This document shows, one piece after another, positions 1 to 9,478 of a DNA stretch of 64,000 bases. How positions within the stretch are numbered: the first letter of the stretch is position 1; every line of letters starts with the position of its first letter. The notes beneath the pieces were generated by a model, which was given only the letters and a program-made list of their open reading frames with translations, made no database searches and had not been told where the DNA came from. The translations under genes and the position numbers were made by a program. The DNA is from an uncultured Clostridia bacterium (GTDB lineage Bacteria > Bacillota > Clostridia > TANB77 > CAG-508). Location of the stretch: the NCBI GenBank assembly GCA_934184665.1, contig CAKPSX010000001.1:1688-65687 (forward strand). The letters are read 5' to 3'.

Positions 1-121
1 TAGGAAAGTGTAACTTGCCTATTATATAAACAGCTATAATTGTCAGGCATTTGAGAGAGTTTACTCATAGTTAAAAACTTAAATCGGGCACGAATATATC
101 AAAGAAATTTTAGTATTTTTT

Positions 122-2200
122 ATGATGAGAGGAGTGATAAAGATAGAAATAAAATCGAAAAATAATAATGTAAAAAAATATAATAAAAATAATTATAATA
201 AAATAGCAGCTAAAAAAAATAATAAAAAAAGTAATTACGAAAATAGCGATAAAAATAATTTTAATAAAAATTATCAAAAAAATAAAAATAAAAATGAAGA
301 TAAATTAAAAAATAATATTCAAAATAAAAAAATAGAAAAAAATAAAATTAACTCAAAAAATAAAATAATAGAAAAAATGGGAAATAAAATAATAAATTTA
401 AAAATTATAAAAAATATATCTGAAAAAAATAACAAAATAAATGAAGGAAATTTTAAAAACATTGATTATATTTCCCCAACATATATTAATTTAAATAATC
501 CAAAATATTTAGAAATGGAAGATTATTTTTATTCTGGTATTATAATAGTTAATTATGCAAGAGAGCAAGATGATTTAATATTAAAATCATTAATTGAGGC
601 AAATATTAATATGAATATTTCAATGTTTTATGAAAAAGGAGATACAATAAAAGCATTAAAAGAAATATCCTATAACATAGGGAATGTAGGAGTTGAATTA
701 AATCAATTTAATGAAAATAGACAAGATATGGATATTGCACTTTTCACATATAATGACGCAAAATATATCAGAAAAGAGATACAAATTGACGGAGAAGAAA
801 TATATTTTTTATATATTTATTTGAGCATTTTTTCGAAAGACAAAAAAGAATTAGAATATAATTTAGATAAAGTTGAAACAATTTTACAAAGTAAAGGGAT
901 GCAAACCAAAAGATCAAACTTTAGACAAGAACAATTATTTTTATCTTGTTTACCTTTAGCAGAAAATAATTCGGAATTAAAAAAAGTTGGAAAAAGAAAT
1001 ATTTTAACAAAAGGTTTAATATCAACATATCCATTTATATCATCATCAATTTTTGAAGAATCTGGAATTTATTTCGGAAATAATCTTTATAATAATTCAT
1101 TAGTTTTAATTGATAAATATAATAATCAAAAATATAAAAATGCAAATATGTGCATTTTTGGAACAAGTGGTGCAGGAAAATCTTTTTTTACAAAATTATT
1201 AATTTTAATAAATACATTATTAGGAATGGAGCAATATATAATTGATCCTGAAAGAGAATATAATAATTTAGCTGAAAACTTAGGTGGAACAATTATAAAA
1301 TTAGGACCAACATCAGATAATTGTATAAATATTTTTGATATCAGAAAAGAAAGTATTGAAGAAAATGAACATGGATATTTAGCAACAAAAATAGGGAAAT
1401 TAATAGGATTTTTTAATTTAGTTTTTGGAGAATTAAATGAAGAAGAAAAAGGAATAATTGAAGAAAAAATAATAGAGGTATATAAATTAAAAGAAATTAA
1501 TTTTAATGATAAAAGTTTATATAAAAATAAACAATTTAAAACAAGTAAAGATATGCCAATATTAGAAGATTTTTATAATATTTTAAATGATGAAAAAACA
1601 AAGAAATTTAAAATAAAATTAATACCGTTTATAAAAGGTTCGTTAAAATTTTTTAATAATTATACAAATATAAAATTAGATAATAAATTAATAGTAGCAG
1701 ATGTATATGAATTAGGTGAAGAAAATATGAAACATGGGATGTATTTATTTACAGAATTGTTTTGGGATAAAATAAAAATAAATAGAAAGAATAAAAAGAC
1801 AATTTATCTAGATGAAATATGGAGATTAATTGGTGTAACATCATCAAAAGAAGTAGCAAAATTTATTTATAAAATATTTAAAACAATTAGAAAATATGGA
1901 GGAAGCAGTGTTGCAATAACACAAGATATTTCAGATTTATTTAGTTTAGATGATGGTGCATATGGAAAAAGTATTTTGAATAATTCAAGTATAAAAACAT
2001 TTTTTTCATTAGAAGAAGAAAATATAAATGTATTATCAAAATATTCTAATTTATCAGAAAAAGAAAAAATAGAAATTAAATCGTTGAGAAGAGGTGAATG
2101 CTTAATGTTTATTGGAAACGAGCATATTTTATTAAATATTGAGGCAAGTGATTTTGAAAAAGAACTTGTAGAAAAAAAGCAGAAATTAATTGCTAATTAA
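122..2200 (+). CDS. VirB4/TrsE/TcpF-like type IV secretion (conjugative transfer) ATPase with a K/N-rich low-complexity N-terminus
   Basis: Walker A is CIFGTSGAGKSFFTKLL and the Walker B-like motif is YLDEIWRLIG. A downstream VAITQDISD motif is typical of the VirB4/AAA-like (DUF87) family. The first ~100 aa are Lys/Asn-rich low complexity, so the true start may be an internal Met (e.g. near 377). Confidence 0.6.
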   Translation: MMRGVIKIEIKSKNNNVKKYNKNNYNKIAAKKNNKKSNYENSDKNNFNKNYQKNKNKNEDKLKNNIQNKKIEKNKINSKNKIIEKMGNKIINLKIIKNISEKNNKINEGNFKNIDYISPTYINLNNPKYLEMEDYFYSGIIIVNYAREQDDLILKSLIEANINMNISMFYEKGDTIKALKEISYNIGNVGVELNQFNENRQDMDIALFTYNDAKYIRKEIQIDGEEIYFLYIYLSIFSKDKKELEYNLDKVETILQSKGMQTKRSNFRQEQLFLSCLPLAENNSELKKVGKRNILTKGLISTYPFISSSIFEESGIYFGNNLYNNSLVLIDKYNNQKYKNANMCIFGTSGAGKSFFTKLLILINTLLGMEQYIIDPEREYNNLAENLGGTIIKLGPTSDNCINIFDIRKESIEENEHGYLATKIGKLIGFFNLVFGELNEEEKGIIEEKIIEVYKLKEINFNDKSLYKNKQFKTSKDMPILEDFYNILNDEKTKKFKIKLIPFIKGSLKFFNNYTNIKLDNKLIVADVYELGEENMKHGMYLFTELFWDKIKINRKNKKTIYLDEIWRLIGVTSSKEVAKFIYKIFKTIRKYGGSSVAITQDISDLFSLDDGAYGKSILNNSSIKTFFSLEEENINVLSKYSNLSEKEKIEIKSLRRGECLMFIGNEHILLNIEASDFEKELVEKKQKLIAN

Positions 2201-2276
2201 AATAAAATCAATAATAAAAATAGTTTAGTAAATAAAGTTAAAAAATAAAAATACAGTAATAAAATGAGGTAGTAAA

Positions 2277-2978
2277 ATGCAACTAGAAAATGAAATAAAT
2301 AATAATATTGATATAAAAAATGAACAAAAAAACTTTTTGGATTCTGCACTAGGAAAAACAATAAATGTTGGAATAGATATTGGGCTAAGAGCAATTTTAC
2401 CTGATTTAATAGAAAATCAAATAATTGATATAAAAAATGCATTATTTGAAAATGGATTAAAAGAAGGAATAAAAACAGCAATAGATTCGGCAATAGATTT
2501 TGGGAAAAGTGCACTTGGAATATTTACAGGAAATTTTGAAAATATGGATCAGATAAATATAGCAATAGGAAATGGTGGAATTATTGATTCTCTATCTAAC
2601 TTAATTGATAAAATAAGTAATAAAGCTTGTACAAAAGGATTTATAGATTCAAACATTAATTCAATAGTGAAAAAAGGAAAAAATATAATATTAGATAATA
2701 TATCAAATAATATTATGAAAGAATTAGAAAAGCAAACTTATTCTGTTGATAAATTAGAAGGATATATAAAAAGTTGGAAAGAAAACTATGAAAATAAGAA
2801 TTTTGATGGAATGCAGAAAGAATATAAGAAAATAAAAAATCAATTAAATAAAGTAGTTCCTTTTGAAAATTTAATAAAAGAAGCAAGAGATGTAGAAAAT
2901 ATACATAAATTAATTTCAAATAATGGGCATAATTTTGATATATCAGATTTAGAAAAAGAAATTATAAAGAAATTATAA
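2277..2978 (+). CDS. hypothetical soluble protein (no recognisable motifs)
   Basis: A 233-aa ORF with an RBS (aaatgaggtag) upstream. It is co-oriented with the VirB4-like gene. There are no TM segments. Confidence 0.45.
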   Translation: MQLENEINNNIDIKNEQKNFLDSALGKTINVGIDIGLRAILPDLIENQIIDIKNALFENGLKEGIKTAIDSAIDFGKSALGIFTGNFENMDQINIAIGNGGIIDSLSNLIDKISNKACTKGFIDSNINSIVKKGKNIILDNISNNIMKELEKQTYSVDKLEGYIKSWKENYENKNFDGMQKEYKKIKNQLNKVVPFENLIKEARDVENIHKLISNNGHNFDISDLEKEIIKKL

Positions 2979-3115
2979 AAAAATTATAATAAAATAATTA
3001 AAAATCCAAAAATAAAAAAATAAGAAAGTATTAAAAAAGAAAAAATGATGTTAACATATATATAAAATAGTACATAAATAATACATAAAAATAGTAAAAT
3101 AAAATTCTCAAAACC

Positions 3116-3144
3116 CTTGCAAAATAAGGAATTGTATAATATAA
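3116..3144 (+). promoter_or_regulatory. sigma-A type promoter upstream of gyrA (TTGCAA-17-TATAAT)
   Basis: TTGCAA, a 17-nt spacer and TATAAT are read directly about 40 nt upstream of the gyrA RBS (AGGAG). Confidence 0.5.
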
Positions 3145-3183
3145 TACACATGTAAAAGAAAAAAGAAAGAAGGAGAAAAAACT

Positions 3184-5628
3184 ATGGAAGAAAGACAAGA
3201 TGGAAATATAATAAAAAGAGATATTGAGCAAGAGATGAGAACAGCATATATTGATTACGCAATGAGTGTTATAGTAGCAAGAGCATTACCAGATGTAAGA
3301 GATGGTTTAAAACCTGTACATAGAAGAATCTTATATGCTATGCATGAAGATGGAATAACATCAGACAAGCCATATAGGAAATGTGCAAATACTGTAGGTT
3401 CTGTATTAGGTAGATATCATCCACATGGTGATGCATCTGTATATGATGCTATGGTAAGAATGGCACAAGATTTTTCAATGAGATATATGTTAATAGATGG
3501 ACATGGTAATTTTGGCTCAATTGATGGAGACGGTGCAGCCGCAATGAGGTACACAGAAGCAAGAATGTCAAAAATTGCTGAGCAAATGATGGTTGATATA
3601 GAAAAAAATACTGTAGACTTCATGCCAAACTATGATGATAGACTACAAGAGCCAACTGTTTTACCATCAAAAATACCAACATTATTAGTAAATGGTTCTT
3701 CTGGTATAGCCGTAGGAATGGCAACAAATATACCACCACATAATTTAACAGAAGTAATAAATGGTATTATAAAGATTATTGATGATGATAATGTCACAGA
3801 TGAAGATTTAATGCAAATAATAAAAGGTCCAGACTTCCCAACAGAAGGAGTGATACTTGGTTTAGATGGAATAAAATCTGCTTATAAAACAGGAAAAGGC
3901 AAAATTATAATGAGAGCAGAAACTGAAATAGAAGAAATGAGTGGAAATAAACAAAGAATAATTGTTTCATCATTACCTTATCAAGTAAATAAAGCAAGAT
4001 TATTAGAAAATATAGCAAAATTATGTAGGGAAAAAAGAATTGAAGGCATTTCAGAATTGAGAGATGAATCAGACAGAAATGATAAAGTTAGAATAGTTAT
4101 AGAATTAAAAAGAGATGCAAACCCACAAGTAGTTTTAAATCAATTATACAAAAATACTCAAATGCAAGATACTTTTGGCGTAATAATGTTAGCATTAGTT
4201 AATGGAGAACCAAAAATACTTACATTAAGACAATGTCTAGATTATTATATAGACCACAGAAAAACAGTAATCTTACGTAGAACACAATTTGATTTAGATA
4301 AGGCATTAGCAAGAGCACATATATTAGAAGGATTAAGAATAGCAATAGATAATATTGATGAGGTAATTGCAATAATCCGTAATTCTTATGATGATGCAAA
4401 AGAAAGATTAATGGAAAGATTTGGATTAACAGACATACAAGCACAAGCAATTCTTGATATGAGATTAAAAACATTATCTGGATTACAAAGAGAGAAAATT
4501 GAAGAAGAATATAAACAATTAATGGAATTAATTGAAAGATTAAGAGCAATTTTAAATAGTGAAAGATTAGTTTTTGACATCATAAAAGAAGAACTTATAG
4601 AAATACGAAACAAATATGGTGATGAAAGAAAGACTAAAATAGTTGCGGCAGAAGGAGAAATAGACATTGAAGATTTAATTAAAGAAGAACAAACTGTAAT
4701 TGCATTAACTCATTTTGGATATATAAAAAGAATGCCAATAGATACATATAGAAGTCAAAAACGTGGAGGAAAAGGAATAACAGGAATAGCAACTAAAGAA
4801 GAAGATTTTGTAAAACAAATATTTACTGCTTCAACACATGATACAATTCTATTCTTTACAAATAAAGGAAAGCTATATAAACTTAGGGGATATGAAGTTC
4901 CAGAGGCTGGCAGAACAGCAAGAGGAACAGCAATTGTAAATTTGTTAAGTTTAGATGCTGGAGAAAAGGTATCAGCTGTAATTCCAATCCAAAACTTTGC
5001 AGAAGGTAAATACTTATTAATGGCAACTAAAAATGGTTTAATTAAGAAAACAGCACTTTCTGAATATAACTCTGCAAGAAAGACAGGACTTCAAGGAATT
5101 ACACTTAAGGAAAATGATGAGCTAATTGGAGTAAGACTAACTGATGGACAAGATAATGTGGTATTAGTAACAAAAAATGGTATGTGTATAACATTTGAAG
5201 AAAAAGAAGTTAGACCAATAGGTAGGGTTTCACAAGGTGTTATTGGAATAAAAGTAGATGATGATGATGAAGTTATAGGAATGGAATCAATAATATCTGG
5301 TGGAAAAGCAACACTTCTTGCAATCACTGAAAATGGATTTGGAAAGAGAACAGAACTTGATGAATATAGAGTACAACTTAGAGGTGGAAAAGGAGTTATA
5401 ACATATAAAATAACTTCAAAAACAGGTAGACTTGTTGGTGTTAGAATAGCCACAGATGATGAAGATGTAATGCTTATAACAGATAAAGGAACAATAATAA
5501 GATTAAAAGTTAAGGATATAAGTGTTTTAGGACGTTCAACTCAAGGAGTAACATTAATGAGAACAACAGATGGAGGAAAGGTTGTAAGTATTGAAACAAT
5601 TGAACCTGATATAGAAAAAGAAGAATAA
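3184..5628 (+). CDS. gyrA: DNA gyrase subunit A
   Basis: The N-terminus YIDYAMSVIVARALPDVRDGLKPVHRRILYAM contains the active-site region. The QRDR reads HPHGDASVYDAMVRMAQDFSMRY. A GyrA-box variant QKRGGKG is present (ParC lacks it). The C-terminus has beta-pinwheel repeats and the protein is 814 aa. No gyrB lies upstream. Confidence 0.93.
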   Translation: MEERQDGNIIKRDIEQEMRTAYIDYAMSVIVARALPDVRDGLKPVHRRILYAMHEDGITSDKPYRKCANTVGSVLGRYHPHGDASVYDAMVRMAQDFSMRYMLIDGHGNFGSIDGDGAAAMRYTEARMSKIAEQMMVDIEKNTVDFMPNYDDRLQEPTVLPSKIPTLLVNGSSGIAVGMATNIPPHNLTEVINGIIKIIDDDNVTDEDLMQIIKGPDFPTEGVILGLDGIKSAYKTGKGKIIMRAETEIEEMSGNKQRIIVSSLPYQVNKARLLENIAKLCREKRIEGISELRDESDRNDKVRIVIELKRDANPQVVLNQLYKNTQMQDTFGVIMLALVNGEPKILTLRQCLDYYIDHRKTVILRRTQFDLDKALARAHILEGLRIAIDNIDEVIAIIRNSYDDAKERLMERFGLTDIQAQAILDMRLKTLSGLQREKIEEEYKQLMELIERLRAILNSERLVFDIIKEELIEIRNKYGDERKTKIVAAEGEIDIEDLIKEEQTVIALTHFGYIKRMPIDTYRSQKRGGKGITGIATKEEDFVKQIFTASTHDTILFFTNKGKLYKLRGYEVPEAGRTARGTAIVNLLSLDAGEKVSAVIPIQNFAEGKYLLMATKNGLIKKTALSEYNSARKTGLQGITLKENDELIGVRLTDGQDNVVLVTKNGMCITFEEKEVRPIGRVSQGVIGIKVDDDDEVIGMESIISGGKATLLAITENGFGKRTELDEYRVQLRGGKGVITYKITSKTGRLVGVRIATDDEDVMLITDKGTIIRLKVKDISVLGRSTQGVTLMRTTDGGKVVSIETIEPDIEKEE

Positions 5629-5631
5629 TAA

Positions 5632-5661
5632 AAAAGCTCTTGGCTTAGCCAAGAGCTTTTA
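5632..5661. terminator. bidirectional rho-independent terminator between gyrA and the dnaI-like gene
   Basis: A perfect hairpin (agctcttggc, loop tta, gccaagagct) is flanked by A-run and T-run sequences. Confidence 0.7.
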
Positions 5662-5665
5662 TGAA

Positions 5666-6682
5666 TTAATTTCCAATTTTATTTTTAAATCTTAAATCAT
5701 CACCAAAAAAGTAATAAATATCATAAAATCCAACAATACGAGAACCTATACGTTCCTCATAATTTTTAAATATATTATTTATTCCTAAATTAGTAGAAAT
5801 AATAGTTTTTGTTATTTTATTATTTAAATTAAGTAATCTAGTATTCAGAATAGTAAAAAGTTCACTTAATTTCATACTGTTAATACATTCTGTGCCTAAA
5901 TCATCTATAATAAGTAAATCTGCTTCTAAAACATTTTTGTAAAAACTTGATTGCTCTGCAATTTTATTTTTATTCATTTTATAATCTATAACATTTTCTA
6001 ATAAAACAGGTGCGGTTTGGTAAAGAACATTTTTACCTTTTTTTATTAATTCATTTGCAATACAGTTTGAAATAAATGTTTTTCCTAAACCAGTATTTCC
6101 CGTAAATAAAAGATTTTTGTAATTTGGATCATCAAAATTATTTACGAATTCTATACTTTTTTGTTTTATAGCTAAAATATTATTTCTAGGTGATAAATTA
6201 ATTTTATATTTTTCAGTATTTATTTCATCTGAGAAAATATTAGGATTAAAAGTATCAAAATTTTCTTTATCAAGATTAGAAATGTTAGATTTATTATATG
6301 ATATATCTAACAATTTTTGTTTTAAACAATGACAAAGGACAGAGCCCTTGCCATCAACATAAATATATCCTGTATCTTTACAAGTATTACATGAATATGT
6401 TGGTTCAAGATAATTATTATCTAAGTGATTTTCTAATAATATTTGTTCTTTTTCCTTTTTTAATTCATCAACTTTTTTGTTTAAATCCTCTAAAGAAACT
6501 GAAGAACCTTTTAAAATATTTTTTGCAGTATTTATTGCAAATGTATTTAACTCAGTTTCAATTTCTTGTAAACGAGGAATTTTATTATATAAAATTTCTT
6601 TTCTTTTTTCTAAATCAAGTTCTGCTTTAAGTTTTTTTTGTTCATATTCTGATAATAAGTTTGTTAATAAGTCACTAGACAT
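5666..6682 (-). CDS. DnaC/DnaI-like helicase loader ATPase with an N-terminal zinc-ribbon
   Basis: A Cys cluster (CNTCKDTGYIYVDGKGSVLCHC) is followed by Walker A (LLFTGNTGLGKTFISNCIA) and Walker B (LLIIDDLG). This is the IstB/DnaC AAA+ fold. Confidence 0.8.
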   Translation of the reverse strand: MSSDLLTNLLSEYEQKKLKAELDLEKRKEILYNKIPRLQEIETELNTFAINTAKNILKGSSVSLEDLNKKVDELKKEKEQILLENHLDNNYLEPTYSCNTCKDTGYIYVDGKGSVLCHCLKQKLLDISYNKSNISNLDKENFDTFNPNIFSDEINTEKYKINLSPRNNILAIKQKSIEFVNNFDDPNYKNLLFTGNTGLGKTFISNCIANELIKKGKNVLYQTAPVLLENVIDYKMNKNKIAEQSSFYKNVLEADLLIIDDLGTECINSMKLSELFTILNTRLLNLNNKITKTIISTNLGINNIFKNYEERIGSRIVGFYDIYYFFGDDLRFKNKIGN

Positions 6683-6713
6683 TAGATTCTCCTTTTAAAT
6701 AATTAAGTAAAAT

Positions 6714-7745
6714 TTAAGTACCACTGTTAGAAAAACTTGCACTAGCATCATTTGAAATATCTGAGGAACCAATATTTGTGTTAGCATATAAAAATGCTAA
6801 ATTATCATATTGTCTTTGCTCAAAAGAAGCCTTTGCTACTTGTTTTTCTATTTTCTTTGTATCTTTCTTTTGTTGATTTCTTTGCTCTATAAAAGTAAGT
6901 ATTTCATCAGGTGTTTTGAAACCTCTTTCATGCCAATCAGATATAATGTTATTAAAATATTCGAAAGTAGGGTTTGACTTAAAAGTAGTTCTTTTAAGAG
7001 CTATTTCAATAATATTTAATTCATAGCCATAATCAATAACCCATCTATCAATATAAGCTTCTTCATACTGAGTAAGTGATTGTTTCCCTAATTTTTTTGT
7101 GATTGTTCTTTTTATTTTTAAAAGCTTTTCTTGTTTTTGGCTGTATTCTTCTAAATCATTCCAAGTTTCTATTTTATTTGAACCCCAAGCTTCAGCAACA
7201 GTTTGGATATAATTTTTATGAAGGGCAGAGCGTTTAAAACAATAATCAAAAAGTGCAATCATAACAGGTTCATCAAAATTATATTTTGTAAACCATAAAT
7301 CAATATCATTATACCATGAAGGACCCATAATACCTTGAAAATATGTATTATTAATATGGTCAATAACCTTTGCGCGGGCTTTATTTTTAGCAACATCTGC
7401 AACTTTTTCAGGAGATGCTGTTAAATTAGGTTTATATAATTTATTTAGAGTTTGTTCTTGTAAATTAGATAACATATAGCCAGTTGTTTTCTTTACAATC
7501 AAAGAATTATTCTCTAAATAAGAAATTGCATCATTTATATCTCTTAAAGGTAATGCTAATTTCTTTGATAAATCATTTAATTTTATATCTTTATTATACT
7601 TAGATAAAAAAATCATATACAAATATACTTTTACACAATTACCAGGCATTTGAGACAAATATTCTGCAAAAAAAATGTCTGGTATAATTGTTTCTGAAAA
7701 CAATAAAGGTAATTCTGGCTGTTCTAATTTCATTTTTAATATCAT
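6714..7745 (-). CDS. DnaD-domain replication initiation / membrane-attachment protein (Bacillus DnaB/DnaD-like)
   Basis: Two DnaD-like repeats are present (IQTVAEAWGSNKIETWNDLEEY and IEIALKRTTFKSNPTFEYFNNIISDWHERGFKTPDEI). An RBS (agagagga) precedes the internal Met, so the start may be 7733-7745 rather than 7805. Confidence 0.7.
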   Translation of the reverse strand: MILKMKLEQPELPLLFSETIIPDIFFAEYLSQMPGNCVKVYLYMIFLSKYNKDIKLNDLSKKLALPLRDINDAISYLENNSLIVKKTTGYMLSNLQEQTLNKLYKPNLTASPEKVADVAKNKARAKVIDHINNTYFQGIMGPSWYNDIDLWFTKYNFDEPVMIALFDYCFKRSALHKNYIQTVAEAWGSNKIETWNDLEEYSQKQEKLLKIKRTITKKLGKQSLTQYEEAYIDRWVIDYGYELNIIEIALKRTTFKSNPTFEYFNNIISDWHERGFKTPDEILTFIEQRNQQKKDTKKIEKQVAKASFEQRQYDNLAFLYANTNIGSSDISNDASASFSNSGT

Positions 7746-7926
7746 TCCTCTCTTAATGTATAATCTATTTTGTAAGATTATATACATTTTAGTCGAGAAA
7801 ATCAAGTTTGAAACTAAAAGATTTTATTAGAAAAAAATAGATAAAAATAGAAAAAAATAGTTAGTAGTGTAATAATCTTGTTTTTCATAAAACTATAAAG
7901 AAAGTAGAAGAGATAAATAATAAAAA

Positions 7927-8211
7927 TTAATATTTTTTAAACAAATAAAGCTTTGGTCTAAACATATATTTTAATATATATTCTAGAACATAAACAAAAG
8001 GTTCTCCATTTAAACCAATTATACTAAATAATGTTATTGGAAAAGCTAAAGAAATTAAAAGAAAAATTTTAATATTCCAATTATTAAAGATTAAATGTAA
8101 AATCGAAAACACTAAAATATACCAAACAACATTAAAAATTAAAGTTGAATATGGAATAAAACCAAAAGCTTTACTCTCAAAATTATAATTTTGTGGAAAA
8201 ATAAATTTCAT
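7927..8211 (-). CDS. small two-TM membrane protein, TcpE-like T4SS component (tentative)
   Basis: A 94-aa ORF with two hydrophobic helices, lying in an operon with the VirB6-like and coupling-protein genes. Confidence 0.4.
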   Translation of the reverse strand: MKFIFPQNYNFESKAFGFIPYSTLIFNVVWYILVFSILHLIFNNWNIKIFLLISLAFPITLFSIIGLNGEPFVYVLEYILKYMFRPKLYLFKKY

Positions 8212-8267
8212 AATACCTCCTAAAGAATAAATATAAATAATAAAAAATTAAACAACAATATTAAGTG

Positions 8268-9137
8268 CTATTTAAAAAAGTTATGCACATTTTGGGTAAA
8301 AGTTGTGGAAACTCCACCAACAAATTCTCGTACAAAAGAATTAGCTTTTATAAGAGAATAAATTGCACCAATATATATAAATTTAATTATTAAATTTCCA
8401 GAAGAATAATCCATAGAAAATAAAATCAATAAAACAATAGAAACAATAATTTGGATAAATAGTAATGAGAAAAGATTTCTTGCCCAAGACTTAAAAAACC
8501 ATGAGGTATTTTCCAAAATTAAAGATAATAATGCAAAAGGGGTAAGGAGTATAAAGATTTTAACCATTACATATCGAAAAGAATATGTAAAAACTAAATT
8601 TAATAAAGACATAGTAAGTGTTGTTTTTATTATTCCATCTAAAGAAAAAACATCAAGCGAATTAGTTTCTACAGAAACAAAATTATTTATATCTAAAATT
8701 AACTCTGAAAAACAAATATTTTTTCCAAAGAGATTTTCTCCAATACCTCTTATAGCTAAGGAAATAAGAGATGTAAAATTTAATACTTGAGCAATAATAA
8801 AATATGAGCTATTTATGCAAATACAAAAAATAATGCATTTTAAAACAAATTGAGTTGGAGTTTCTACTCTATTATAAGTAAAATGCGAAAATAAAAATTT
8901 TATTGCATAATATAATATAAAACCAAAAAGTAGAGAATTAGCAACAATTAAGAGGCCAGTTGATGCAGATGTACCAAGTAGCTTATCAAAATATGAATCA
9001 TTAATTATATCAGAACTAATAAAAGTAATATCATCAAGAACAGAATATAAATTATTATCTATTGAAGAAAAAAGATTTTGTAAAATAGTATTAATTGTTG
9101 ACATTATTGTAGATGTGATATTTGAATTGTTTTCCAT
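8268..9137 (-). CDS. polytopic membrane protein, VirB6/TrbL/TcpH-like (tentative)
   Basis: A 289-aa ORF with 5-6 predicted TM helices. It is co-oriented and tightly spaced with its neighbours. Confidence 0.45.
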   Translation of the reverse strand: MENNSNITSTIMSTINTILQNLFSSIDNNLYSVLDDITFISSDIINDSYFDKLLGTSASTGLLIVANSLLFGFILYYAIKFLFSHFTYNRVETPTQFVLKCIIFCICINSSYFIIAQVLNFTSLISLAIRGIGENLFGKNICFSELILDINNFVSVETNSLDVFSLDGIIKTTLTMSLLNLVFTYSFRYVMVKIFILLTPFALLSLILENTSWFFKSWARNLFSLLFIQIIVSIVLLILFSMDYSSGNLIIKFIYIGAIYSLIKANSFVREFVGGVSTTFTQNVHNFFK

Positions 9138-9145
9138 TTAGCCTC

Positions 9146-9463
9146 CTATGTAATTAAAGATTGAATAGTAGACAAGATAAGGTCGATGGCCAAAATAAAT
9201 GCATATGAAAACAAAGAACCTTTTATTAATTTTTTTCCTGTTCTAATTTTTTCTTCATCTCCAAAGCTGAATTTTCGCATAAGAGCACCTGTACAAACAG
9301 CAACTGCCGCAGCAGGTGTAGATATTTTTATAATCCAACTTTCAATATCTTGAAAAGCACTATTCAATTTATTGACAAGCTTAGGTGTTGCACCAAAAGA
9401 AATAGTATATAAACTAAAAATAAAAGTTATTGTCAAAATAAAAGTAAATAAAAATTTTTTCAT
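9146..9463 (-). CDS. small secreted/membrane protein, VirB2-like pilin candidate
   Basis: It has a signal peptide (MKKFLFTFILTITFIFSLYTISFGA) followed by two hydrophobic segments. It is 105 aa. Confidence 0.4.
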   Translation of the reverse strand: MKKFLFTFILTITFIFSLYTISFGATPKLVNKLNSAFQDIESWIIKISTPAAAVAVCTGALMRKFSFGDEEKIRTGKKLIKGSLFSYAFILAIDLILSTIQSLIT

Positions 9464-9478
9464 AAAACCTCCTATATA

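Noticed and set aside
2197-2514. Minus-strand 105-aa ORF overlapping the intergenic region and the start of the 233-aa gene.
   Set aside because: It is Leu/Phe-rich low complexity with no RBS, and it overlaps a plus-strand gene that has an RBS.
6298-6698. Plus-strand ORFs of 110 and 73 aa inside the dnaI-like gene.
   Set aside because: They are antisense to a well-supported AAA+ gene and have low-complexity composition.
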